DNA of 63,176 bases, counting the filler, from Intoshia linei (lineage: Eukaryota; Animalia; Orthonectida), in NCBI GenBank assembly GCA_001642005.1. It is 4 parts of 4 records of this genome, joined end to end, with 100 filler letters (N's around TTAATTAATTAA, not from the genome) between each part and the next. Parts side by side here need not be neighbours in the genome. Positions count along the whole stretch, not along the records: positions 1 to 22,749 come from LWCA01000593.1; positions 22,850 to 52,734 come from LWCA01000375.1; 2 more parts are not named here. One strand, given 5' to 3'. Of this stretch, positions 13,846-28,225 are shown one piece after another. The position numbers were made by a program, and so were the translations under genes. Within the stretch, counting starts at the first letter, position 1. Each line of letters starts with the position of its first letter. The notes beneath the pieces were generated by a model. That model was given only the letters and a program-made list of their open reading frames with translations, did not search any database and was not told the origin of the DNA.

Positions 13846-14710
13846 ACACGAACCATGGACTCCAAACAAATGCTGTGCATTTTGCTACAGGCATGTGATG
13901 AATAGCAATAAATTTATCGATTCACCCAGGATTTAATCTCCACCTAAATCCAGTTATGATTGCTACTTCTTCTATGTTAAAGAAAATATTAATTTAAAAA
14001 AATTCTGATGAACATGGGAACGTTTCCATAAAACGTTGAAAAAATTTGAAAACAAATTCGCCGGAAAAAATATGATATCCATGATTAAAGATTATTTGTG
14101 GTACACAGAAAACACTAAATCGTCATAAATTTATTACTATTATTATTGTATTATTATTGTATTAATAAATTTTCTTAAACATGAATGTACTTAGTTTTAA
14201 CGCTATAGATTTTTTTAGAGATCTAACCAGCATTTTATTCCTAATACAGTATAAGGTACTTATTTTGGGGTACATGGTATATATCAAAATTTTCTGCTCT
14301 TCAAAAAAAACCAATTTTTATCTACAGTAGATATTGTAAATTGTTCATAACACCGTCCAACAAAATTACGAATTAAAATATCACATGTTTTAGATCTTAA
14401 ATTATAAAAATATGTATATTGTTAGAATCACTAAAATTAGCTGATTATTTTAATATATGTTGCATTTAGTTTCTTTATGCAATTTTGGACAGTGTAATAA
14501 TAGATTATATACTTATATAAAATCGACGCTAATTTTTTATTTTTTTGAAGGGTCACAAAATTAAATTTAACATCACATTGAATATAATTTTATTTTATGT
14601 ATTACATAAATTTCCTTTTATATACACTTTAAAAATAAAATATCTCAAGATTACAATCTAATCAGATAGAATCACAAACATCATTTGATTCTTGACAGTG
14701 TTATCTAAAC

Positions 14711-15210
14711 CAGTGATTCCCAAAAAATATATTGTCGACCCCCCTAACAGTTTACAAATATTTTATTGAGAAGATCAATAAGTACAAAATAGTGAATATG
14801 TTTATTATATTATTATATCAACGATTAAAAAAATGTTATCTTTTAATATTAATATTACTGGTTTTTTTTTTCGTTATAAATCATACTTTAGTATAGTTGA
14901 CACCCTAGTTACTAAGGCCTAGTATACAAACAATTGAAAAGTTATGATTGTTCTTTTTTGTTTATATACGTGTCATTGTCTCGTAAGAGTTTATAACATT
15001 TAAATTTATTATAATTTAAAATTAATCCGAATTTCAAGAATATATTAATTAAATATCTAATACTATATCAAATTAATGATTAAAAATTACTATAACTAAA
15101 AAATTAATGTTAATGATTCTAATTCAATTTAAAAATGTTTCTTAAATATGCACCCCCTCAGACTTTGTAAGCCCCCTGGTTGGGCCATGTCCCCCATTTG
15201 GGAACTACTG
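14711..15210. mobile_element. hAT-type MITE
   Basis: CAGTGATTCCCAAA / TTTGGGAACTACTG TIRs and a perfect 8-bp TSD ATCTAAAC on both sides. Confidence 0.88.
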
Positions 15211-16071
15211 ATCTAAACCATTAACTAAATCTCGTTTTGATATTTTAAAATTTTCGGATAATGTCGTACAGTGTTATTAAAGATGTGTTCAATTTACAAG
15301 TAACAACGTGTCTTAGTATGAATAGATACACTGTTCTGTTCCAATTGACAACTATATAAATTTATACCATAGAAATTACGAGAAAAAAACTATTACACAA
15401 TGATAGAGATTTCTAAAGTCATCCCACAATCGACTTTCGAGCATTCAAAGATTGGCAAGTAGAAAGCGATCGACTAATTGGATACCTTTGCCCTATAACA
15501 TATATCGCCCGCTAGGAATCAGTCCACTATTATATTTAATAATTTACATGTGCTTTAGAGATTAATTTTTCATCATTATGAATAACCCACGCTATCAAAT
15601 AGTTGCCACCCTAATGTACATTGTACACTATAGAAATAAAATGAATGTATGTAAATGATTTATTCGATATCATAAAACAAAATACAAAATAAAATCTAAA
15701 CTTATCGATTTATTGGCAACATAATAAGTGAAAATTTTGATTAACATTCAATTAAAAGTAAAAATAAATTAACCTGATTAGTAATTCACACATAATTTAA
15801 ATGTGTTATCATAAAGTCAATATTTAAAATTTACATAATCTAAATCGATTTTAAGATAAGTGATCCTTTCTAAAAAATTACAAGATGTTTTCTAATATTT
15901 TTAATACACTTTACAAGATACATTATATTCATTGACATATATATTTTAATCATAACATTCAGGATGTGTATTCATATTGTAATGCATTTTATTTGGTTTA
16001 TAAAAAATTTAATGATATATTAGATACTAGATCAGTCAATTATTTTGTAAAATCAACGAACTTACCTAGAA

Positions 16072-19000
16072 ATGAATGAAAATTCAGAAAAACTAAATTT
16101 TATTTCAAATAAAAGTATACATTTCAAACATCTTACACCTCTTCCAATTCGCAATGACAGTCTATTGACAAGTTTAAGAAATAGTGTCAAATTTCGATCT
16201 CAAGACATTATCGAAAATTCTGATCAGACCATTCCATTACCAGCAAATAATAATAGGAGAAGGTCTACAATTGCGCATGGTAAAATTGAAGATGTTGATT
16301 TGAAAAATTATTTAAATGTTAAGGTAATTTTTATGCATATCTATTCTCATTATTTTAGTATATACATATTTATTATATACATCATTAGTGCATATCAAGT
16401 GAATTTGAACGACTGGGTTCCCTGAAATGTTTTTATTACGGTATAATTGTCATTGGCAACAATACAATTATTATGGATATATTAATAAAAAAGGTTAATA
16501 ACATCTGTAGTAGACCAGTGGTTGCCGATTACATGTCCCATGATTATAACGGTCATTAAAAAAAAGTAGTTGTGTTTTAGTGGTAAAGATGCCAATTTTT
16601 CATTTTGAAATGTATCTTACTTCTAGGGCGGACAAAAGTGATTAAAAGTGAATAATTTTTGAAATTTATGGAATTGACAGTTATCTCAATATATAGTTAT
16701 ACAAAGACACATTTTAAAAACTTTACTTTATTTAAATAAGAATATGTAAAATTAATATAAATAAAGAAAAATACATAAATGTATTATATTGCGTGATTTT
16801 ATTTCGTAATAAGGCTTTTTATTATTCTTTCTGTAGGATTCATCTCCATCGTCCTTTGAAAAAAAAGTTATAAGTCGAAACAGAGTACGGAGCGACAGAT
16901 CACATTCTAGAAGAACTTCAATTATGGTAGATCAAAGTGGAATTGGAATATTATTAAATTATGACAAAGAGCAGAGCATTCTAAGTAAACCTATTTATAT
17001 TTATTTAATTATATTTGCATTAAAATGATAAATTATTAACATTTAGTATATTCTATTTTATTCCCATTTTATAAACTATTATACGGGATGGTCATGTTTT
17101 GATTTTCTTGCAATTATATTACCAGTTTATATTGATTAACTCTTAGACTCAAAGTACTCAGATATGACTCATATCATATGAGTACTCAAAATTTAATAAA
17201 ACAATTAAGTTAAATTTAATCGATACAAAAAAATTGGGTAATTGCGTGAAGTGACAGAAATATAAAAATTATAAAATTATTTTTTCGCCTATGGCAAGAA
17301 AATTAGCATCCAAAAGCAAAATATTAAAAAGTTTATCAATACAATAATTTATATATATTAGGGTTGAGATTACTTCGTACAATAAGCGGTTAGCTATGCC
17401 GATGATCAATATTTTAATCTTATTTGATTATAGACAATGCTTGTATCATCTTAAAAACTATCCAATTATTAAAACCCTAAAGATGGTCCTAATTTATGAC
17501 TCATAAATAACATGAATTCCAGTGTATTGTTTTAAATATAAAGATATTTTGAATATAAAGTATATTCGGTATTTTGAATATAGGGTGTCCACTTTTGATG
17601 TTTTGTTTTTTTTATTAGAAAACCTATTTTACATGTGAATATCTTTTTTGGTTTTTAGCATTTACCATTCCAAAAAATGTAATCGGTTAATATTTACCAC
17701 CTCTCGCCCCCTTAAATGTAATTATTGAACTTCATACAAAAATGTAGGATACATTTAAAATATGACTTTATTTTATGTATAATCAGCTTAAATTATGTTT
17801 CTAAAGATAATTATGTTGCTATTTCCTTTGATGTGTTTATCATGCTTTGTGGACCATTTTTTTTTTTAATTTATTTTGGTTTTTAATGATATTTGAATTC
17901 CCCACAATTAACCCCAAAAAATATAAATAAAGTTTATTATAAAGTTTATTATAAAGTCAAAATGAATTTCATAACCAAAATAAATGAGCTAGAAATGAAT
18001 TTAAAAAGATAAAATAGTTCACAAAACATGAGCAACACATCAAAGGAATTACAGATATAGAAACCTACATGAATTTGATAATTTTTGATAAGTGTAACTT
18101 TAATATTTTATTATATAAATAAGATTAATTGTTTGATTGACTTTTTTCCTTTGGTTAGTACGATTTAAGATGATATATATTATCTTTATTATAGTTACAT
18201 ATTCAATTTATTAATGTATTATTGCAATACAATTAGAGCCGTCTTAAGCCACTTCGTGGCTGTGAGCTAAGCAAAGGGCCGGAGGCCCTTTAAAGTTTTG
18301 AGTGAAGCGATAAAAAAATCTAGGGCTTTTTTTAGAAGACAGGGCATACTGTTGGTTGGAGACTTAGAGTCTTATTTCATTAATAAAAGCATTAAAAGAT
18401 ATTATGTAGGTTTCTAGTAACTTTTATTAATACTTTGCAACTTACCTACTTTCTTTTTTGAATATTCATTTAATAGAAAGGTCTTAATGTTTAATATTAT
18501 CATTTGAAACAGTTTTTATTTCAATATTATATGATAAACATTGCATAATATATTTTAAATTGAATAATTACCAGAACTTTGATTCTTCAAACTATTTTCT
18601 TTTTAGCTATTTGATCACCCACACTTTAAAACTTATAAACTGTCTCTTAAAATATAAATGTGAAGTATTTTTTAATATATGGTGGCCTCTTGTTAAAATA
18701 TAAAGTACTTTTATTAATTTTGGGGATTTTGTTTAATGAGTGGCCCTGGGCTACAGCCCATATTTAACATGTATTAAAACTATATTATTTTATCATTAAA
18801 TCTTTTTTAATTTAAATTATAGAATTAACCTTAAATCGATTCACCATTATAAATAAAATCGGAGAACAAGAAAATGAAAACATTGCAAATTTAAAATATT
18901 ACATCAAAATCAAGACAGATCATTCGTCTATTGAACACTGTAGTAAATTGTATGACTTAAAAAAGACTTGTTTGAAATGGTTTAAGGAAGATTTTTTATT

Positions 19001-19243
19001 TTCTGTACCCGAAGGAGATTATACTAAAGATTACATATACTTTCGTGTATTTACACATTCACCACTATATTATGACGAGTTTATAGCTGAATGTGATATT
19101 CCGATAAAAATGGTTAAATTAGGAGAATCTATTCTATTACCACTTTATAAAACTGTACATTTTGATATTATATTATATTTTATTGGTTTTGTAAACAGAG
19201 CCAAACCTACCGTATTGTGAGACCTATCTGCGGGCCTCTTTGA
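16072..19243 (+). CDS. C2-domain-containing protein (synaptotagmin-like single C2), about 4 exons
   Basis: Exons ~16072-16323, ~16837-16984, ~18823-19154, ~19199-19243. The C-terminal part KYYIKIK..KKTCLKWFKEDFLFSVP..IYFRVFTHSPLYYDEFIAECDIPI follows the C2 pattern (K-T..FxExFxF, LxxxVxD, D-xFIG-xxxIPL). Confidence 0.6.
18235..18765. mobile_element. Degenerate hAT-like MITE in intron
   Basis: GC-rich ends (GCCGTCTTAAGCC..GGGCCGGAGGCCC and GGCCCTGGGCTACAGCCC) typical of CAGGGCCG-type hAT MITEs; TSD not clear. Confidence 0.45.
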
Positions 19244-20556
19244 AATTTTTCCAAATTGATCATTTGTAAAAAGATTAACAGGAAAGTTAAGTTCCTTGGA
19301 GAGGTGACAAGAGGCTATATGACACTACGCATAGTTTCACATTTTTTTGGTGCCCATTTTTTATTTTCAGTAACCTCGAGCTAGGTAGGTTCCGCTTTAA
19401 TTATATATTAGAGTGTTTCACGATATGACACTAATTGGAATGCAAAGTATTTACGTTAATATATAGTAAATTCGAAAGTTATATGGAAAAAATTTCAACC
19501 ATAAATACGAACAAAAATAATATTTATTTTGATTAACATTCAGTTTACCTTTTATATAATATTTGTATAATAATATTAAAAATTCTGTGCCTAATTCAAA
19601 ATAAAATATTGTCAATACCCTATATTGTTCTAAAATCGTACTAAATTTTAAATAAATATTAAAAATGTGAAACAACTTTTTCAATACGGACTATTATAAC
19701 AAATATAATTATATACAATATTAAATTAAAATTTATGACAATGATAATAGTTTTAAAATCTGTATCGAGTGCATATTTTATTAAATTTTAGGACTCGCTT
19801 GATTTCAAAAAAAAGGATAATTGGGGTTTTTTAGGGGAAGAGGTAAGTTTCTGGATTGAAATTTATTTTAATTTCTACCCGAAAAACCTGAAAATTGGAA
19901 TTTGTGTTTTTTAAAATTCTAGGACTCTTAGTTATTGATAAAAACTGCAACAGACAAACAGACAAATAGACACACATAATTCAATTTTATATGTAAATAA
20001 AAATGTATGTCTACGTCCGTTTGGCAAACAATTATTTTGCTATTATTTAAAGTTATTTGACAATTTCAGGCAAAGGGAAGAATTTTTTCGCTTTGATAAT
20101 AAAATTTATAATTATTAATAATTTCTCAAAGAAGCCACATTTACTAAACCTTTATAAAATTATCCATTTATACCAACCCTTTGAGAAAAATTTAATTCTA
20201 CCAAACTTTTATGAAAAAAATATATATCAAATGTTTATTTTATTATACAAATTAATAACGTAATAACTATTAAAGGTATGCAACAAAGCGAGTATTTCCA
20301 TTGCTTTTAAATACTTACAATTATCACACCGATTGAATGTTCTCATAATGGAAGGAAGGAATTTCGATGGAATCAACATTTCCTCAAAATCCAGTAATAT
20401 ATTTGATTAATTATTAATTGCAGGTATACCTCGGTCATAATCTCGGTAAATATCAATATAATCAGTCAATATGTAATAAATAGATGGAACATCCATATTA
20501 AGTGTACACAATATTTATTTACTAACATATGGACCGACAAAGAAAATATTTACAGA

Positions 20557-22749
20557 ACTAGCTTGACCGTTTTGTACATTTGTCATTGCTTGTCCTGACT
20601 TTGTCGAGGGCATATTTTTATTATACCAAAAAAATAAATTAACGTTGAAAATCTAACTTCAAAGTCCTACTTTTCACTATTATCAATCTTTTAAAAAAGT
20701 GGTTCCCAAATGTGTTTCAGGTGGAACCATCATATCACATTACTTTTTACTTTAAACTGAATTATGACATCTTAATTTTTTGTTTGTTAACATTTGCGTA
20801 AAGAATTTTAAAAACAATTGTTATCCCATTTTTTTTAATTTATTAGACAGAATGTGTGTATAATATTAAAAATAAAGTAAAAACAGTCCAATCTTAAAAA
20901 TTTTCATAAATAGCATAAATTCCAGAAAAAATAAAATTATAAAAACCTATTTTGTCATTTTCAATTTGATGACTAGGGCAAACTTTTTATAACCTATAAA
21001 ATTAAAAAAATGTAACCTATAAAAAAAATTTGTAACTTTATTAACCTATATAAAATTTATAAACTGTTTTCAGTTAAATTCATGCTTCATCGATTAACAA
21101 AAGTGGCTATTACTTGGAAAGTCATACAAATAATTATTTAATACTTTATTATGGTACAATATTAAATATTTCTTTATATTGTTGTGCAAAATTTCTTTTT
21201 TTTGTTTAGTTTATTCAACATACTAAAACTTCTCTCTATTTCATTAGATGTTGATAGTCTATTTCTTAATTTATTGTAGTGAAGGAGACTTAGATTTATC
21301 CCAAGCCATTATTATATTTGTAATTTCATTGGTTTTCAATATTTTTTCTATGTAATGAAGTATTTTGCATGGATCTAGAACAAATTTTAAATTTTGTAAT
21401 GTTTCAAATGATTTATTAATGTTAAATGAGTCTTTTGCCAATTTAATCACATCATCAATAGTGTGCAGTACAAGTTGGCCATTCATATTACTATCAATTT
21501 TTTTACAATCGAATAGCATTAATTTCTAAGGGTTTTCTAATGTACCAACCATAACATTAACATATTTAACACAATTTAAATATGTCTCATCCAACATCAG
21601 CAATATCAATTGATTTGAGCAACACAGTTTAATTCTTTCAATTTCATTCGAATATAATAGGTCAACTTTACCACGAGTTATTTTCAGATGGTAAAGGTTT
21701 ACCTATATTGATAAATAATTCTTTTAATTTTATATTATTTAATTTATATATAGTCTGCTGACAAAAAAGCTTCTAACACTTCCAATGCAAAATCACTCTT
21801 AACTTTTAAGTATTTTCGTATAGGAATAATGTACATAATGTAATTTATCAAACGAGACATTGCAATTGCATCTTAAACAAAATAAATTGTTGTCCATCAT
21901 TTTAAATTCAGTTGGATAAAGTTTTAGAATATTGCTGATTTTTTCCTGTTTCGATTTTGGAATTTTTGCCATACTTAAATATCAATAGTACAAAAAATAA
22001 CATAATATTACCTTTATAACAAATCGTAATCAGTAAAATTTAAAATAAAATGCACTTGTAACAATTAAATATTTCAAAATGTAACTTTAATGTATTCTTT
22101 ATTCCTATAAAAAATGTAACTTATGAGGAAAAATTTATTATTCTTTATAATCTATATATCGAAGACGAATCTCTATAATCTTTATTAACTTTATTAACTT
22201 TTGCTTGCCCTAGTGATGACATATATTCAGTACCAATTTAATAAATACTTAAAATACCAATTGTGTATCAATAATTAACTGAATCTTCAATTTATAAACA
22301 TTTCAGTCAAATTTTACCATTATTGCAAAGGATTGTAATATAAAAATGAGATTAACAAAGTTTTTTTAGTTTCTTATTTAAATTTGAATGTGTTAATAAA
22401 AATGTTTTAAAAAAGAAAATTTGAAATTTAAAAATTGCGTCGCAATGAAAAAAATTCCGAAGGAATGAATTATATAGATTTTCACCTATATGTCTTTATT
22501 GGAAATGTGTAGACGTACAATGCACATTTTTTTTGAAATTGTAGGATCAATATTTACATTTTCAATTTTTGATTTTAATCGAAATATTTGAAAAATATTG
22601 GTTGATAGTATATTAAAAATTATTTTTCACCGGGAATGCGTAGATTTCTGGGATTGAAATTTTTTATTTATATTAACTGGAATAAGCTCTATCAAAATAA
22701 TCTTTTTTTTTTAATTTTCGGATAGTTAATTATTTCACATTTTTTGTTT
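20557..22749 (-). mobile_element. Helitron-like non-autonomous repeat (3' part), interrupted by hAT copy 2
   Basis: The minus strand ends ..GCCCTCGACAAAGTCAGG..CAAGCTAG|T (GC hairpin then CTAG). The body is homologous to 46359-47636. Confidence 0.7.
20974..22212 (-). mobile_element. Internally deleted CGGBP1-like hAT transposon, copy 2
   Basis: TAGGGCAA..TTGCCCTA TIRs with TSD TTGATGAC/GTGATGAC. Fragments read FALEVLEAFLSAD, LMLDET..YVNVMVGTLENP, and STSNEIERSFSMLNK (hAT dimerisation motif). Confidence 0.88.
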
Positions 22750-22849
22750 NNNNNNNNNNNNNNNNNNNNNNNNNNNNNNNNNNNNNNNNNNNNTTAATTA
22801 ATTAANNNNNNNNNNNNNNNNNNNNNNNNNNNNNNNNNNNNNNNNNNNN
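22750..22849. other. Assembly gap with TTAATTAATTAA spacer (also 52735-52834 and 60988-61087)
   Basis: The same 100-nt N-run/TTAATTAATTAA/N-run layout occurs three times and gives stops in all six frames. Confidence 0.95.
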
Positions 22850-23190
22850 CGTATTTTCGAATTTCATATGTATTTACATCTTTAATAAATTTTGAATCAG
22901 GTTTATCACAAATTGATCGATGGATGCGTTCATTGGTTTGTAGTACCATGTAGTCAAATAATTCATCCGTAAAAATCAAGTAAAAAATTTTTTCAATAGA
23001 ATCAGAAATTTCCACATTAATTTTTTTTTCACCAGTAAATATGGGATAAATTAAATTTTTTATTTCTGTTTTCCAGGTATTTTCCGATATAATAATTTAA
23101 GTAATAATTTAACAGTAATTTGGAGACAAAAAAGAAAAAATGTCAGTTTGAAAGTCAAATTCATATTTTTAGTTAAGTACAAAATACTTA
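22850..23190 (-). mobile_element. piggyBac transposase 5' fragment
   Basis: IFYLIFTDELFDYMVLQTNE..KDVNTYEIRKY matches the DDE_Tnp_1_7 N-terminal FxLFFTDELxxxIVxxTN..EI pattern; cut by the gap. Confidence 0.7.
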
Positions 23191-23319
23191 AGGTTTTGCA
23201 CTCCAAGTTCAACATGCTATTTTTGCGTTGTTAATATATGAGCTAATTTTTAAACATGCTCTTTTTGCATTGTTCGTCTATGTATTGTTTTTTATATAAT
23301 ATTATATAAAATATTATAA

Positions 23320-25236
23320 TACAAACAAAAAATTAACTGAATTTTCACTTTATAAACATTTCAGTCGAATTTTACCATTATTGCAAAGGATTGTAATATA
23401 AAAATGATATTAACAAAGTTTTTTTAGTTTCGTTGTTTAGTTTATTTAAATTTGAATGCTTTAATAAAAATGTTTTGAAAATTTGAAATTTAAAAATTGC
23501 GTAGGAATGAATTATATAGATTTTCACCCATATGTCTTTATTGGAAATGTGTAGACGTTCAATACACACTTTTTTGAAATTGATAATATCAATATTTACA
23601 TTTTCAATATTTGATTTTAATCGAAAAATATTGGTTGATAATATATTAAAAATTATTTTTCACTGGTAATGCGTAGATTTCTGGGGTTGAAATTTTGTAT
23701 ATATATCAAATAGAATAAGCTGTATCAGAATAATTTTCTTTTTTTTACATTAATTACCTTTTAATTTTGTTAATAAAATAGTTTCGAAATAAAAAAATGA
23801 ATACTAAAGTGATTTTTTAATCGTGAATTTATGAAGTTAAATTGAATCGCGTCACTTATTTAGACTGAAAATTTTTGTGTGTGTTAACAGGATACAACTG
23901 TATCATCTGTATTTTTTAAAATTCTAGGGCTGTTTTCATTTAAAAAAAATGGAAAAATGTGATTTTGATCATGAAAATAAACTTTTTTGAGTTGTTATTT
24001 CTGATAATTCTTATGATTTTAAAAATTATCCCAAAACTTATGTTTATATAAAATTTTAGGATTTTTTTCATTTTTAATAAAAAGGGTAATTTGGTGTTTT
24101 GGCCGTGAAGATATAAGATTTTGAAATTGAAAATGATCGTAATGTTGATGATTATAAAATCTTGGTCAAATTGGGTATTTTTCATAATTCTAGGACATAT
24201 TGGTTCCTGACCTTGAAGGACTTAATTTCCAAATTGAAATTTCACTTATCGTAAAACATGAATCTCGAAAAACTTTATTAGAAACATGAAAATTTAAAAT
24301 TTGACTCCTCTACTTTCTTAAATAAACTGGATCGGACAAATATATATAATATATTATATATACAAGTATTTATATCAACTGGACTAAGCTATATCAGAAT
24401 AATCCTTTTTTAAATGTACGACCGTTAATTATTTCAAATTTTATGTTAATAAAATAGTTTCAAAATAAAATAAATGAATATTAAAGTGCTTTTTTGACCA
24501 TGAAGGCGTGACTTAATCAGATTGAGATTTTTTGTGTGTGTTAACTTGATATAAATGTATCATCCGTATTTTTTTTAAATTCTAGACTGATTATTTTTAA
24601 AAAAAATGTAATATGTTTTTGACCGTGAAAATTACCTTTTGGGAGGTTACCATTTATGATAATGCTTATGAATTTAAAAGCCATCCCAGAATTTATGTTG
24701 TATAAAATTATAAGACTTTCTTAATTTTTACAAAAAAAGATAATTTGGGGTTTTGGCCGCGAAGATATAAGATTTTGAAATTTATCATAATATTGATGAA
24801 TTTAAAAACAAAGGACGATTGGTATTTGTAACTTTGAAGGTATAATTTTTAATAAACTTCAATTTCTAAAATTGAAATTGCGATAAAACACACTCTGGAA
24901 AACTTGTTATAGGAATATGGAATTTGTAAAACTCGACTATCCTTACTTTCTTAATTAAACTGGAACAAACAAATACATAAATAAACAGACATACATTTTT
25001 AACCATTTTACTTTATATAAGTAAGGATATTCAGTTATTTTTCACCGAGAATGCGTTCTATTTTGACAATGAAGCACTTAATTTCTAAAAATGAAATTTG
25101 CGATAAAATCTTACTGTCGCAAAACTGTATTAGAAAATAGTATTTTAGAATCCCGACACTTCTTACATTCTTAAATAAATGGTAACTTACACAAAAATGT
25201 ACATTGTCAGTTAAATTACTTAAACAAGTAAGGATA
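23320..25236 (-). repeat. Tandem or compound copies of the Helitron-like family
   Basis: Repeated blocks (GGAAATGTGTAGACGTTCAAT, GCGTAGATTTCTGGGGTTGAAAT, AAGCTCTATCAGAATAAT). Family 5' terminus TCCTTACTT lies on the minus strand at ~25027 and ~25234. Confidence 0.75.
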
Positions 25237-25914
25237 TCTAACTTCTTACAGAATATTGTGTGTGTTTATTTTGAAATGAAAGACAATCACATGAATATTA
25301 AAATAATTCATTAAAAAACTTAATTAGACCCCAATTACCTTTTTGTATTGATATTTTGAATATTTCAATAAAAATCATTATAAATCGGAAATTAAATAAA
25401 ATGTGTTAAAATTAATTATCAAGAATAATATTAACAATGTAAAAATATATTGGTTTTATTTCAGATATTTATGATAGTATAATATTATTACATCGTTATT
25501 TACCTATTTATTTATGTAAACTCGTCGATTACAATGACATTAACATAAACATAGTGTATTTTCTTTATTATAATGAAAGTCCCAACATTGACAAATTAGA
25601 GAGATCATACAATATTCATTATTTTAGACTAAAATGTAGTCCATATTTAACATTCTTTCCATTTAATTCTTGTTAACTTAAAGTATATGTTAACCAGACA
25701 AATAGAAAAGTACGATAGTGATAACATTACCACATTCAACAATATAATTTAATATTTATTTTCAACTACTGAATATTTCTATTTCGCATCAAGGTAAATG
25801 GTTTCAAATTTATTTAGAACAACTTTTTAAGTAGTTTGAATTTAATGTTAATGTGACCTAATTGATATTAAATTTCGAAAATATTATTCCATTTAAATTT
25901 TTAGAGTATAAAAA

Positions 25915-28170
25915 ATGTCATCAAGTAAATATTCAATTCGCGAGTTTGGTAGACCTCATAGCATCGATTACAGGTGTTATATAGGTAAAAATTAAAATTG
26001 ATGTACATTGTACATTAATTATCAACGCTTTTTAAGGGTTTATTTTAACTTTATACATTTAGAAAAAGACAATAAGATAATTTCGCCATTTCATGACATT
26101 GAATTGTACCCATTCACTGGCCGAAAAGATATCATCAATATTGTTATTGAAATTCCTCGTTATTCCAATGCTAAGGTTGAAATTTCGATGAAGGACAGGT
26201 ACAATCCGCTAAAGCACGACATTAAAAATGGTGCTGTTCGATACATTAAAAATATGTTTCCGTACCATGGGTATCCATGGAATTATGGTGCTATTCCACA
26301 GACTTGGGAAAATCCAAATTTAGCTGATAAGCACACTACCTGTTTAGGAGATGATGACCCCGTTGATGTCTGTGAAATTGGAGAAAAGGTTGTTGCGTGC
26401 ATTTTATAAATTAATTTTATTAGATTCATCCGGCCGGATCCGTTGTTCAAGTGAAGCCATTAGGCGTGATTGCTATGATTGATCAAGGTTTTTAATTGTT
26501 CAAAAATTAATAACATTTTACAAATATCCGTTTAAATGTGGTATAAGGTCCAATCACAATAGAGGGTAAATTTGCAACTGACACTTTAAAATTGTTTACT
26601 GGTAAAATCAAAGTAGAAGATTATTTCATTTAAAGCAGTGCTCTCAAAGTGCTCCACAGCTAAAGTAATATATTAGTTCAGAAATTAATTAATATTATTA
26701 TGGAGAAAATCGAAATTTATTAATTCTTAAGACAAAAATCCACATTGTAAATTTTTTTAGAAAAAACATCTTAATTAGTGTGGCCAAAAAAAAGACGTAC
26801 TATCACTTTTAGTTTATTTGGAATAAATTTTAAGCCGAAACTTTTTATTCGGCATCATAGATAAGTAGTTTAGGCTTTACATTTATCATCAAATAAACTA
26901 AAATTGATACTACGTCTTTTTTCTGGCCACACTATCTTAATCCAACCCTAAAAGAAAAAATTCAAATATACTAACCCTTAATAATATAATTAATAATACT
27001 AACCCCTAATATAAAAATCTTAATTAAAAATGATTAATTTAAGTGACCACTTTTTCAACATAAGTTAAAATCATAATGTCACTATAGTTACATTTTATTT
27101 CAAATACCGTATTCATTTTACATACATTTATCATTTTCCATCCTTTTTTAATTTTTTAAAATCTTCCAATTCTTCATTTTCTGCTATATTGATATTGTCA
27201 ATATCGTCATTAATTTGGTCTTCAATAAAATTGACGTTTTAATTTATATTTTTGGTCACACTTGGGAAGTGGTCACCCGTGTCTACTGTAAAATGATGAA
27301 AAAAATATTTACATATAAATATTTTAGGGTCCATGATAAATGATTTTTCAATTTTGGGGGTTGACGACGTTTATTACTTTGAGAAGCACTGATTTAAAGC
27401 ATTCAGTATTGCAATGATTTTAATGAATTAACTAATTGTGTAATTTTTACATTTTAGGAGAAACTGACTGGAAAATTATAGTAATTGATATTTCTGACCC
27501 TATGGCCCAGAAATTGAATGGTATAACAAAAAAATTAAATAAATAAATAAATTGAAACTTTAGATATATCTGATATTGAGAAGCTCATGCCAGGGTTTCT
27601 TAAGGTTTATATTATTTTTATATTGATGTATATTTTTTCGCTAGGGCACACAAAATTGGTTAAGGTATTATAAAGTACCTGAAGGTAAATCCGAAAATGA
27701 ATTTGCATTCAATGGAAATCCTAAACCTTGTGTATTTTAAAAAAAATTTAAATTTAATATTTGAATCAACAAATTTTTAGTCTTTCGCAAAGGAAATAAT
27801 CGACGAAACCCATGAGCAATGGAAAATTTTACTGAAATCTAAACATTTGAGAGAAAAACGTGCATGGTATTTTATAAACTATTTATATTACTGTAATTTT
27901 AATTAGTTACAATACTACATTAAAGGGAACTGAAACGTATACGGAAGAGAACGAGGCTAATCAAGAGACTAAAAAGGTAAAAACTATCGTAACTTACGTT
28001 AAAATTAAATTCATTATTTACATCATTTAATGGTCAATTTTAATAATTTTTTGTTAGAATCCAATATACCAAAAAATGGAAGGACTTTCATCTGCAGGTA
28101 ACTTGATTGCCTAAAACCTATTTTTAATTGTAACTTAGTTCATCGACAATACTACGTGCTACCTCAATAG
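25915..28170 (+). CDS. PPA1: Family I soluble inorganic pyrophosphatase, about 10 exons
   Basis: [12 protein letters not shown]..|..[45 protein letters not shown]|..MIDQG|ETDWKII..|..[16 protein letters not shown]|..THEQWK..|..YYVLPQ*. Confidence 0.95.
26636..27391. mobile_element. hAT-type MITE in PPA intron
   Basis: CAGTGCTCTCAAAGT / ACTTTGAGAAGCACTG TIRs and a perfect 8-bp TSD ATTTAAAG. Confidence 0.88.
26776..26934. mobile_element. MITE (TAGTGTGGCCA TIR) nested in the preceding MITE
   Basis: TIRs of about 40 bp (TAGTGTGGCCAAAAAAAAGACGTA / TACGTCTTTTTTCTGGCCACACTA), flanked by TCTTAAT on both sides. Confidence 0.85.
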
Positions 28171-28225
28171 TTTAATTGTTATAAATAAAAAATTTAATAA
28201 GCATAAATATATATGATACATTACA

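Noticed and set aside
22750-22849. TTAATTAATTAA palindrome recurring three times
   Set aside because: It is always centred in identical N-runs, so it is an artificial scaffold spacer.
23378-24185. ORFs at 23378 and 23940 (similar ones at 40247, 52200, 55932)
   Set aside because: Low-complexity F/I/K/N-rich frames within the non-coding Helitron-like repeat.
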